IMG/VR virus record: IMGVR_UViG_3300049988_000263
DNA length: 64,000 nucleotides
Source of the DNA: a virus
Strand: one strand, 5' to 3'
Below the pieces are notes generated by a model, which was not told the DNA's origin, did no database searches, and saw only the letters and a list, made by a program, of their open reading frames with translations. Shown here piece by piece: positions 53,749-62,271 of the stretch (position 1 is its first letter; each line of letters opens with the position of its first letter). Both the position numbers and the translations under genes were made by a program.

Positions 53749-54210
53749 ATGATTCGAGACCTGCCCCGTGTGGACCGCATTAGACCGCCCCGGAAACGGA
53801 GGCGGCACGGCGCGGTGATCCTGTTAACCTTGTTGAGTCTGTCCGGTGGTGTCGCCTGGGTGCTCGCCCGCGCGCCGTCCGGTCCGGAGGTCACAGTGAT
53901 CCGGGCAGAAACGGTTGGTACGATTCCCGTGGGTATCCCCGCTCCGCTGATCGCACCGATGGCCCCGGCGGTGCTCATACAGCCCCGTACAGCCGCCTTG
54001 GTCGATCCCGATCAAGCCGTGATGGCCAAACCCGCCGAAGCCCGTCCTGGGCCTTCCGTGCGAGTTCCCCCAAGAAGCCTACCGCGCATTGTCCGACACA
54101 CGGTGATTCCGAGAGTGTCACCAAAGGTTAACCAATCTCGCATCACCAGAAAACCACTCGAAGAACGACCAAATAGCCTTTCCCTCCCGTCGTCGCTGTT
54201 GCCTTTTTAG
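53749..54210 (+). CDS. Single-TM Pro-rich hypothetical protein
   Basis: RRH-GAVILLTLLSLSGGVAWVL then a Pro/Ala-rich region. Confidence 0.5.
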   Translation: MIRDLPRVDRIRPPRKRRRHGAVILLTLLSLSGGVAWVLARAPSGPEVTVIRAETVGTIPVGIPAPLIAPMAPAVLIQPRTAALVDPDQAVMAKPAEARPGPSVRVPPRSLPRIVRHTVIPRVSPKVNQSRITRKPLEERPNSLSLPSSLLPF

Positions 54211-54251
54211 TCGTTTTATTGCTTGGTTTCCTTCTAACCATGAGGGCACCC

Positions 54252-54728
54252 ATGCGAGCATTAACCATCATTGCGTCCAGCGTCCTGTTGGGCGGCTGCT
54301 TGAACACGACTGCCCCGGACAGGGAGACCGTCAGCGGCTGGCAGATGCCAATCGAGATTCGGCCGATTTCCTCAACCGGCGGCGAGACAATCATCGAGTC
54401 GTTCGTTCCCGGTACGGGTATCGTTCGGGCTAACGCGAAGGCCATGGAGGCGATTGGCCAGGAGCTTCCGAAGGACCCCGGCCCGAATCGGACGATCGAC
54501 GCGTGTATCGCGGCGGTGATCGGTGAAGCCAGCAAGGTCGGCGCGAAGACGATCGAGGCAGCGTCGGCCGGTCCCGAGCGACAGGCCAAGGGTGGCAACT
54601 ATTTCGCCCCGGTGCGCTTCCGAATCACCTACGTCCGACCGTATGGGTATGACGTTCGGGATGACGCAATGATCTGCGTGACCAAGCCGGATGGGTCGAT
54701 CGTCGATGCGTATATGGCAGAGCGTTAA
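54252..54728 (+). CDS. Lipoprotein
   Basis: MRALTIIASSVLLGG-C lipobox; two further Cys. Confidence 0.7.
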   Translation: MRALTIIASSVLLGGCLNTTAPDRETVSGWQMPIEIRPISSTGGETIIESFVPGTGIVRANAKAMEAIGQELPKDPGPNRTIDACIAAVIGEASKVGAKTIEAASAGPERQAKGGNYFAPVRFRITYVRPYGYDVRDDAMICVTKPDGSIVDAYMAER

Positions 54729-54818
54729 CTACCGCGCGATTCTAGGCTGGACCATCCTCGGTCTGGCCTTCATAGAATGTTGGCTCTGGGTATTGGGGTA
54801 CATTTGAAAGGTCACATT

Positions 54819-55253
54819 ATGCTGACGATTCCCGAGATCGACCCCGAGGTGGTCAAGGCGGTTGCCGATAAGATGTACGGGGGCGACACCGAGAAGGTCC
54901 CCACGACGACGTTGAACGATATTCTCGTCCGAGGCGTCACCCTGAACAGCCGCTACGCGAAGGCGGCCGAACTTAACACAATGCAGATGGTCGTCCTCGA
55001 ACTGCCCCAGGAGATGATCGACCGGATCGCCTCGATCATGTGCGATAGCAAGGCCAGTGACACCTACGAGGTCAAGCTGAGGGTCTGGAACAAGTACGCG
55101 GCGAAGGAGATCGGCAAGGCGATGGAGAACATCCTGCTGCTGATCCGAAACGGTCACAATGGGATCGCTCTGACCGGCACACGCGATGGCGAGCACGTGG
55201 ACATCTTCGCGGACTGGAACGAACCCAACGACTGGAACGAAGCGGACGACTGA
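54819..55253 (+). CDS. Hypothetical protein
   Basis: 144 aa, ends before the terminator. Confidence 0.6.
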   Translation: MLTIPEIDPEVVKAVADKMYGGDTEKVPTTTLNDILVRGVTLNSRYAKAAELNTMQMVVLELPQEMIDRIASIMCDSKASDTYEVKLRVWNKYAAKEIGKAMENILLLIRNGHNGIALTGTRDGEHVDIFADWNEPNDWNEADD

Positions 55254-55272
55254 AATGAAAAGACGACCGAAC

Positions 55273-55302
55273 AAAAAGGGCGCCCCGAGAGGCGCCCTTT
55301 TT
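55273..55302. terminator. Bidirectional terminator
   Basis: AAAAAGGGCGCC...GGCGCCCTTTTT between convergent genes. Confidence 0.85.
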
Positions 55303-55303
55303 G

Positions 55304-55981
55304 TTACTTGTCCGAGAACATCGGCTGGCAGTGCGCTTCCAGCATATCCGGGTAGAGGTCCCACTGCCGCATGGCGAACTTGAACCGAAATCCGTAGCTG
55401 GTCACGTGGCACTTCGAGACACCCGAGGGGACGGCGGCGGCCACGTAGTCGGGATAGAAGATTCCCCCGTGGTGGAGCAGCGACCAGAGCGAATTGAAGT
55501 GATCCTCACGCACCCGGTAGTAGACCGAATTAGCCTCCGTGCAGGGTAGGCCCTCGCATCCCTTGATCGAATGCAGGTTCTGCGACGGGTCAATCTCCTG
55601 CGAGTTCGTCAGATAGACATCCTCGATCTCGTAGGTGATCGCGAACATTCCGGCGTCGAAGAAGAACCGTGCCACCGGAATGGCCACATAGAACGCAGCG
55701 ACCGTGGCGAGGATCATCCCGCCCGCCCGGAGACGGGAGAAGTGTCCCGACCGCCGGTACACGGCCTTGTCCCAGAGGCGCCGGTACTGGCGGAACAGGT
55801 ACAGCCCCGCCCGCCAGATCGGCTTGGTGACCGGGCGGATGACCCGGTCGTAGACCCATCCGAGACCAGACAATACCTGATAGAGAAACTTCAGGAATAG
55901 TCCGATCACCGTGATCCGCTCCGCCGGAGTCGGCGGAAGCGGTATTCTTGTCGGACGCGGTGTACTACGCGGCGGCTGCAT
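55304..55981 (-). CDS. Membrane protein, third gene of the ClpB-like operon
   Basis: Hydrophobic segments; overlaps the ClpB-like stop. Confidence 0.65.
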   Translation of the reverse strand: MQPPRSTPRPTRIPLPPTPAERITVIGLFLKFLYQVLSGLGWVYDRVIRPVTKPIWRAGLYLFRQYRRLWDKAVYRRSGHFSRLRAGGMILATVAAFYVAIPVARFFFDAGMFAITYEIEDVYLTNSQEIDPSQNLHSIKGCEGLPCTEANSVYYRVREDHFNSLWSLLHHGGIFYPDYVAAAVPSGVSKCHVTSYGFRFKFAMRQWDLYPDMLEAHCQPMFSDK

Positions 55982-58160
55982 TCAAGTCCTCCTCGAATTC
56001 TGCGGTAAACTTCCTCAGGTTCGGGTCGTACTTTACCTCAAACAGACCCCGCGCGCCGTGAGTTTCGAGAATACGGTTAACGATGATCGGTTCGAGGTTC
56101 GCCTGGATGAATCCGGGTAGACCACGGGCGCCCATCTTGGCGTCGTACCGCTGGGCGCAGAACGCCTTGAGGTCGTCGTCGTGAAGGTTCGCCCGGATAC
56201 CCTGGTGGGAGTAGGCGCGATCCAGCCCGGTGACTTCGCGACGAACGATGCGCTCGATCGACGGCAGGTGCAGGCGTTCGAAGCCGATGATGTTCTCGCG
56301 ACCTGCGAACCGGTTGAGGAATTCCGGACGGTAGGTCCCTTCGAGGTCGATCATCGCCAGGGCGCTGGCTTCCTCGTGGCCGATCTCGGTGTTGAGGAAG
56401 TGCGGCTGGCCCGTGTTGGTCGTGCAGATGATGATCGATTCGTTGAACTGCGCGACCCGCCCGACGTTGTCGGAGAGTCGGCCGTCATCGAGCACCTGAA
56501 GCAGGATGTTGAACACATCCGGGTGGGCCTTCTCGATCTCATCGAACAGGATGATGCGGCGGCGATTCTTGCGCATCGCGTTCGTGAGGATGCCACCGGC
56601 CTCGAACCCCTCGTAACCCGGAGGGGCACCGATCAGCTTGGCCACCGCGTGCTTCTCCATGTACTCGGACATGTCGAAGCGCAGCAGGGCCTTTTCGTCG
56701 CCGAGCAACGACAGAGACAGCACCTTGGCCACCTCGGTCTTGCCGACGCCGGACGGACCCATGAACATGAAGCTGGCCAGCGGTTTGTCGCCGTTGCGGC
56801 GGCCGATCTTTGAGACCTTGATCGCGTTCGAGACCTTGGCGATGACCGGGTCCTGACCGAACACGCGCCCCCGCAGGTCGGCGTCGAGGCGGCGGAGCGC
56901 ACCGATGTCGTCCTCGTTGAGCTTGTCCGTGTTGATCCCGGTAATGAGCGAGAACTCGGCCGTGACTTCCTTCTCACCGAGCGAGAGGTTCGCGTTGATC
57001 TCCGAGGTGATCGCGTCGAACGAAGCCTTATTCTTGGCGATCTCGCCCTGGTAGAGGCGAATCTTCGACGTGATCTCGGCGACCGGAGCGGACTCGCCCA
57101 TGGCGGCGAAAGCCGCACCAAAGCCGCGACGGGGCTGCTCCTGCTCCACATAGGTGCCTTCGGCGAGCGCCTTCTCGCGCTCCGCCTTAGCCTTGGCTTC
57201 CTTGGCCAGAATGCCGTCTTTCTCCTCCTCCAACGCGAGGATGGCGGTCTCGCCCTCGCGCTGAAGCCGGTAGAGGTGCTTGATCGATTCCTGACGCTGA
57301 GTCCACGTGCGGACTTCCGCGATCAGGCGCTGCTCCAGCGCGGGGCGAGCCTCCGGCGTGGCCGACGCAAGCTCGACTTCCAGCGCGGTAATCGTCGGGG
57401 TGGTCTTGTGCGCGGCCAGCCGGTACGTGGACAGGGCGCGGTCGAGCAGCGAGACGGTCCGGTCGGGCTGGGCGCGCGAGAGGCCGCCTTCCTCGATCGG
57501 ATACTTGCTGGTCAGATCGATGGCCTTGCGGATTGCCGCATCGGTGATCCGGATGTGGTGATGGTTGAACAGCCCTTCGGCGACACCCGCGACGATCTCG
57601 TAGAGGTGTTCGGCGTTCGGCTCCTGCACATCCATGAACGTGTAGGACTCGCGGATATCGGAGTGCCACTTAAGGACGAAGTCGAGGTCGCCGTCGCGGG
57701 TCTCCAAGATCACCTGGGTCTTGTTCGACTTCACCGCGAGCGTGAGCGCGTTGATGAAGTGATTGTTTCCGGACGAACGCGAGGCTTCGATGAAGTCCCG
57801 CGTGTCCTCGATGATCAAAACGGATTCAGGCGTGACGTTGAGTTGCTTGATCAGACGGTCGAATTCCGTCCGGATGGTCTCGGAATTGCCCGACGAGAAC
57901 AGCCCATCGGTGTCGAGCCAGAAGATACGCTTCTCGACGATGTCGAAGGGCGCGTTCGGGTCGTTCTTCATCGCCTGGAGCCCCAGGCAGAGCGCGGTGG
58001 TGCCGACCCCGGCGGGGCCGACGAGGAGGACCGAGTTGGCCTTCTTGCGCACGAGGATCGCCGTGAGACGACGCAGTTCATCGTCGCGGCCGATCAGCCG
58101 GAAGCCGGGATAGCGGTCCAGAAATGCTCCACCGCGAATGAGATGCGTCGCCTCAGCCAT
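55965..58160 (-). CDS. clpB: ClpA/ClpB-like AAA+ ATPase without an N-domain; NBD1 degenerate
   Basis: LIGRDDEL, PDRTVSLLDRA, coiled M-domain, NBD2 GPSGVGKTE, RFDMSEYME.HAVAKLIGAPPGYEG, DEIEKAHPDVFN. Confidence 0.9.
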   Translation of the reverse strand: MAEATHLIRGGAFLDRYPGFRLIGRDDELRRLTAILVRKKANSVLLVGPAGVGTTALCLGLQAMKNDPNAPFDIVEKRIFWLDTDGLFSSGNSETIRTEFDRLIKQLNVTPESVLIIEDTRDFIEASRSSGNNHFINALTLAVKSNKTQVILETRDGDLDFVLKWHSDIRESYTFMDVQEPNAEHLYEIVAGVAEGLFNHHHIRITDAAIRKAIDLTSKYPIEEGGLSRAQPDRTVSLLDRALSTYRLAAHKTTPTITALEVELASATPEARPALEQRLIAEVRTWTQRQESIKHLYRLQREGETAILALEEEKDGILAKEAKAKAEREKALAEGTYVEQEQPRRGFGAAFAAMGESAPVAEITSKIRLYQGEIAKNKASFDAITSEINANLSLGEKEVTAEFSLITGINTDKLNEDDIGALRRLDADLRGRVFGQDPVIAKVSNAIKVSKIGRRNGDKPLASFMFMGPSGVGKTEVAKVLSLSLLGDEKALLRFDMSEYMEKHAVAKLIGAPPGYEGFEAGGILTNAMRKNRRRIILFDEIEKAHPDVFNILLQVLDDGRLSDNVGRVAQFNESIIICTTNTGQPHFLNTEIGHEEASALAMIDLEGTYRPEFLNRFAGRENIIGFERLHLPSIERIVRREVTGLDRAYSHQGIRANLHDDDLKAFCAQRYDAKMGARGLPGFIQANLEPIIVNRILETHGARGLFEVKYDPNLRKFTAEFEEDLNAAAA

Positions 58161-58205
58161 GTGTGTTCCTTCGGTCTGATTGGGGGTCGTCGCTCGAAAG
58201 CGACG

Positions 58206-59888
58206 TTACTTCTTGAGGCCGAACGGCGAGGGCGCCGAGGTCGGGGCCGGAGCACCGTCGCGCTTCACCCCGAGGCCGACTTCCGCGTGAACCGCGATGT
58301 TCTCGGAGATCGACCCCTGAACGTTCGTGGCGAGCCGCTGAAGCTCTTCGAGGTTCTGGCGCATCTCGGCGACCGACTCGCGGGTGATGTTGGTGGTCTC
58401 GTCCAGCACCTCACCGTACGCGGCAAGGCTCTCGATCGAGCGCACGAGATCGTCGCGGGTTTCGACGCCGCCCATGGCGATCTTGATCGCGTCCTGCTGA
58501 GCCACCTTGTCGGTAGCCGACTGCATGCCCTTCATGGTGTCCTTGGCCGCCGCCGACGCCTCATTGAGGGCCGCCGCCGAGACCGACTGGAGAACCGTGG
58601 ACAGGCGATCGGCGACCGAGGCGACACCCTGCGAGTGCATCGCCTTGACCCGGTTGACCTGGGACTCGTTGGCCTCGGCCATCGTCTTGATCCGGATGGT
58701 CTGCGAGGTCAGATCGGCGTAGGTCTGCATCGTGTCGGTCGCCGAAGCCTGGAGAGACTTCAGGTGGGTCTCGATGTTGGACTTCTGGTCCTCGCGGGTC
58801 GTGCGGGTGATCAGGTCTTCCTCGACCCCCTCAGGTGGCAGCAGGGCGGACCGCTTCTCGTGGTTGATCGTCTCGGCGTCCTTCAGGCCCTCGTTCATGA
58901 TCGCGTACATGCGAGTCATGTTCGTGTTGGCATCGCCGAGACCTTCGACCTGCTCGCCCATCTTGTCCAGATGCTGACGAACCGAGCCGACGCGGGCCTT
59001 CGTCGTGGTGACGAAGTTCAGCGCGGACGCGACCAGACGCTTCTGCCGCTCGACGTGCTCGCCCGACGAGATATCGAGAAGTTCACGCAGCTTGTCCTTG
59101 GCGAAGGCAAGCTCGCCGAGCTTGGACGAAGTCTCGTTCCTGCGCTGCTCGATCTCGGAGATTTCCTTGTCCAGAGCAGCCTGCCGGGCGGCCTTCTCCT
59201 GCGAGACGGCGGTCTTCTCGGCGATCTCGACGCGAGCCGCTTCCTTGATCCCACCATACCCCCAGAAGGTCTTCTGCTCGCGAAGCCGGATGATGTCCTT
59301 GGAGAGGCGGTTGAGTTCGTCGGTGACGCGCTGCTCCTCCTCGGTCTTCTCGGCGAGTTCCTTCGCGAGGGCTTCCTCGCGCTTCTTGTCTTCCTGAATT
59401 TCCTTGAACGCATCCATCGTGAGGCCGCCGGTCCGCAGCTTGTAGATGGCGTCGATGATGTCGGTGAGCGGGGCCATCTCGTTATTGAAGTCGAGAAGCG
59501 CCGTGTTGAGGTCGTCGTAGACCTTCTTGAGTTCCGAGAATGCCTCGGTGTCGGTCAGACGGATGATCTCGGTGGCCATCTCCTCGCGAAGCTGCTGGAG
59601 ATATTCCTTGAACGTCTCGAACTCCTTGGCCCGAGCACGGTCCTGTTCCTTGTTGCCGGTCACAGTCCAGGCCACCGTGATGGCCTTCTTCTGCTCTTCC
59701 GGAGACTTGGAAGTATCGCCCATGATCTGGTAAAAGACGTTCGCCGCAATATTAGCGAACCGCGCATCGACCACCTGGGTGGCCTTTGCGGCTGTCTGTC
59801 GTGCCGTCTGACGATTGCGAACGGAATCGTTCAAGACTTCCGATAGATCGGCGCTTGATTTGCGCGAGGCTGAAATACCGCCACTCAT
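58206..59888 (-). CDS. Long coiled-coil protein (loosely TelA/toxic-anion-resistance-like)
   Basis: 560 aa with heptad pattern; GGAG SD; first gene of the operon. Confidence 0.7.
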   Translation of the reverse strand: MSGGISASRKSSADLSEVLNDSVRNRQTARQTAAKATQVVDARFANIAANVFYQIMGDTSKSPEEQKKAITVAWTVTGNKEQDRARAKEFETFKEYLQQLREEMATEIIRLTDTEAFSELKKVYDDLNTALLDFNNEMAPLTDIIDAIYKLRTGGLTMDAFKEIQEDKKREEALAKELAEKTEEEQRVTDELNRLSKDIIRLREQKTFWGYGGIKEAARVEIAEKTAVSQEKAARQAALDKEISEIEQRRNETSSKLGELAFAKDKLRELLDISSGEHVERQKRLVASALNFVTTTKARVGSVRQHLDKMGEQVEGLGDANTNMTRMYAIMNEGLKDAETINHEKRSALLPPEGVEEDLITRTTREDQKSNIETHLKSLQASATDTMQTYADLTSQTIRIKTMAEANESQVNRVKAMHSQGVASVADRLSTVLQSVSAAALNEASAAAKDTMKGMQSATDKVAQQDAIKIAMGGVETRDDLVRSIESLAAYGEVLDETTNITRESVAEMRQNLEELQRLATNVQGSISENIAVHAEVGLGVKRDGAPAPTSAPSPFGLKK

Positions 59889-59974
59889 TTATGCTTCTCC
59901 TAATTGGGGACCGCTGTCATATGCACGTCTTACGGATTTTCGTCAAACGAAAACCGAATCGTGGTTAACCGGAT

Positions 59975-60286
59975 TCATCCGTAGATCATTTTGAAATGGA
60001 ACGCCTGATCTGCATTCACGAAATAATAGCGACTGTAGTAGACCGCCCATGCGCTGCTCCGGAGGATTTTCACGCGCTTTACACCGTGTTGCCGAATATA
60101 GGCGGGCAACCCGCAGTGCTCCTCACACCACGCCATAGCCTCGTCGTGGTACGTTTCGTTGCGTACGGTTGGGGGTGGTCTGACCACCTCATGCGGAAAG
60201 ATCGCCTGAGACACCCATACGATGTTCTCGGGGATGTCGTATTTCAATGTGGTCGCGAGAATGTCGCGATCAGCGCGGTATATCAT
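59975..60286 (-). CDS. FKxRW-family small protein (minus strand)
   Basis: AMAWCEEHCG...W...FVNADQAFHFKMIYG. Confidence 0.75.
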   Translation of the reverse strand: MIYRADRDILATTLKYDIPENIVWVSQAIFPHEVVRPPPTVRNETYHDEAMAWCEEHCGLPAYIRQHGVKRVKILRSSAWAVYYSRYYFVNADQAFHFKMIYG

Positions 60287-60354
60287 ACAAATTCCCTACC
60301 ACGACTCGTTTTGGGTTGACAGACCCGCGAATCCGTTTATATACAAATGCATGT

Positions 60355-60430
60355 AGCGACGTGGCGTGAGTGGATAACCGCAGGCCCGCAAGGTCTGATC
60401 ATACAGGTTCGAATCCTGTCGTCGCTGCCA
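60355..60430 (+). tRNA. Atypical tRNA (GCA anticodon, Cys-like or pseudo)
   Basis: 7-bp acceptor, T-arm ACAGG-TTCGAAT-CCTGT, loop CCGCAAG (C33), weak D-stem, G73, CCA. Confidence 0.55.
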
Positions 60431-60492
60431 AAGAATCACACGAGGCGGACACCTCGTTAGGTCTTGATCTGGACCTATCTTAGAATGTTTAA

Positions 60493-60522
60493 GGCCCGAC
60501 CCCGAAAGGGGCCGGGTTTTTT
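60493..60522 (+). terminator. Intrinsic terminator
   Basis: CCCG-CCCC-GAAA-GGGG-CCGGG-TTTTTT. Confidence 0.75.
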
Positions 60523-60700
60523 GTTGCCTTGAAAGCACACATGGTTAACCTTAATATTGGTCGATAAAAATTGACTCTTTTCAATGCTTTGAATCCAACC
60601 TAAACCGTTAGCATTCAGCCAGAGGTTCGCAGGATTGGTTAGACGAAAACCAAGCGCCTTAGGTCGATTGATAACAACTGGTTCATCGGGGGGATCGAAG

Positions 60701-61318
60701 ATGCGAATTGCAGTCTTGGCCATTGGAATGTGCTTGCTGAGCGCACCGCTGTGTGCTCAAACAGCTTCTAACTCGACGTCATCGTCGGTCTCGAACTCGC
60801 AATCGGGGGCCAGCATCGTGAACAACGCCCCGGCGGTCATCACCTCCAGGGGTGTGAATGAGATCACGGCAAGCGCCTTCGCTCCCGGCCTGACCGCAGC
60901 GGGCATCAATTCGTGTGCCGGTTCCAACTCGGCAGGCGTCGGCGGAACGGGCTTCAACTTCGGCATCGGTGGTACCTACGAGATGGACGAGTGCACGGCG
61001 CGTGCCAACGCTGCCGCACTCGCCGGTCTCGGCCAGGGTCTGGCGGCCCTCGAAAGCCTCTGCCAGAGCCCGCGCATGCGTCAGGCCCTGAACGCCTCCG
61101 GCACCGTCTGCCCGTCGCAGCGCGCCGAGTATCTGGCCGCCCAGCAGCGCGCGAACGAATCCGGGCAACTCTACTACGCCACCGAACTCGCTCAACCGGA
61201 GCCGGTGGTGGTTCGTCCCACCCGCGCGGGTTCCCGTGCGGCCCGCCGCGTGGCGGTCGATGCCCAGGCTTCGAACTCCGGCGCCTCCGTCGCGCAACAG
61301 GCGGCCAGCCGCCGTTAA
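60701..61318 (+). CDS. Secreted protein, Ser/Ala-rich with a Cys motif
   Basis: Signal peptide MRIAVLAIGMCLLSAPLCA; NSC...DEC...LCQ...VC. Confidence 0.65.
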   Translation: MRIAVLAIGMCLLSAPLCAQTASNSTSSSVSNSQSGASIVNNAPAVITSRGVNEITASAFAPGLTAAGINSCAGSNSAGVGGTGFNFGIGGTYEMDECTARANAAALAGLGQGLAALESLCQSPRMRQALNASGTVCPSQRAEYLAAQQRANESGQLYYATELAQPEPVVVRPTRAGSRAARRVAVDAQASNSGASVAQQAASRR

Positions 61319-61434
61319 TTAGACTTTATTCGCCCCCACAGGCGTCATCCTAGTAGGGAAGCAGGGATAGTCTCTGCTTCCCCTCCGGGATGCCACTTCC
61401 AGGCGTCAACTGTACTACCAAAAGGGGAAACGAA

Positions 61435-62031
61435 ATGCGCTCCACCAAGATCATGCTCGGCCTCGCCCTCATCGCGGGCTTCGCTGCTGCCCCGGCCCTC
61501 GCGCTCGACCTGTCGAACGCCGGTCTCCAGAACCTGACCATCGGCACGGGTGGCAACGTCACGAGCGGCAACGCCAATCTGAACAACTCCTCGTCCATCT
61601 CTGGCTCGACCATCGGCGCCACCACGACGAGCACGACCACGTTCGGCAACGGCGTCAACCAGAACCCGGCCGGTAACAGCGGGATCGGCGGCGTGTCCAC
61701 CGGCTTCGCCGAGACCACGGCTCTCAAGGCTGGTGGCGAGGCCATCGCTAACACCAACCTGAATGGTAACGGTTCGATCTCCGGCAACTACAACAACACC
61801 CAGACCCAGAACGGTGGTGGCAGCACCTTCAACACCACGAGCAACCTGAACGCCAACGGCACCCTCAACGGTTCGTTCGTCCGCACGGCCAACTCGAACG
61901 CCGCGACCGGCCTCAACGGCTATTCCGGCTCGCAGATGACCGGTGGTCCGGGCACCGTCTCCAACACCGTGGTCGGCTCGGCCTTCGGCGCTGGCGCCTC
62001 GCTCTCGGGCGGTTCGTCGCTGCGTCAGTAA
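61435..62031 (+). CDS. Secreted low-complexity Gly/Asn/Thr/Ser protein
   Basis: Signal peptide ending APALA; NxNxNxN-type repeats. Confidence 0.7.
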   Translation: MRSTKIMLGLALIAGFAAAPALALDLSNAGLQNLTIGTGGNVTSGNANLNNSSSISGSTIGATTTSTTTFGNGVNQNPAGNSGIGGVSTGFAETTALKAGGEAIANTNLNGNGSISGNYNNTQTQNGGGSTFNTTSNLNANGTLNGSFVRTANSNAATGLNGYSGSQMTGGPGTVSNTVVGSAFGAGASLSGGSSLRQ

Positions 62032-62152
62032 TCTGTTCGGGCGGTGCGACAAGCACCGCCTTGACCAAGTGAGTCGGTCATGCGACTCAGGGGTAGACGT
62101 TCGGGGACGTAGCAACGTGGTGCCCCCCATTATAACTTGCCCCGAATCGTTA

Positions 62153-62183
62153 GGGTGGGTGCCTTCCGGCGCCCACCCTTTTT
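62153..62183 (+). terminator. Intrinsic terminator
   Basis: GGGTGGGTGCC-TTCC-GGCGCCCACCC-TTTTT. Confidence 0.8.
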
Positions 62184-62217
62184 CTTGATCGGGTTAACCA
62201 ATACCCGAATCGCGTAG

Positions 62218-62245
62218 TTGACTGTCTTCGATTCAGGTGTACATT
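62218..62245 (+). promoter_or_regulatory. Early-type promoter
   Basis: TTGAC-N13-GGTGTACATT. Confidence 0.7.
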
Positions 62246-62271
62246 GAGTGCATCGGAATCGGAGTCCCACC

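Noticed and set aside
57276-59846. 856-aa + strand ORF
   Set aside because: Antisense shadow of the ClpB-like and coiled-coil genes; expected in GC-rich DNA with strong codon bias; no motifs.
1266-60286. Diversity-generating retroelement as the source of paralog variation
   Set aside because: No reverse transcriptase and no template/variable repeat pair with adenine-specific differences in this window.
60440-60522. A fourth attenuator
   Set aside because: The hairpin follows a tRNA-like gene; there is no biased leader ORF or antiterminator.
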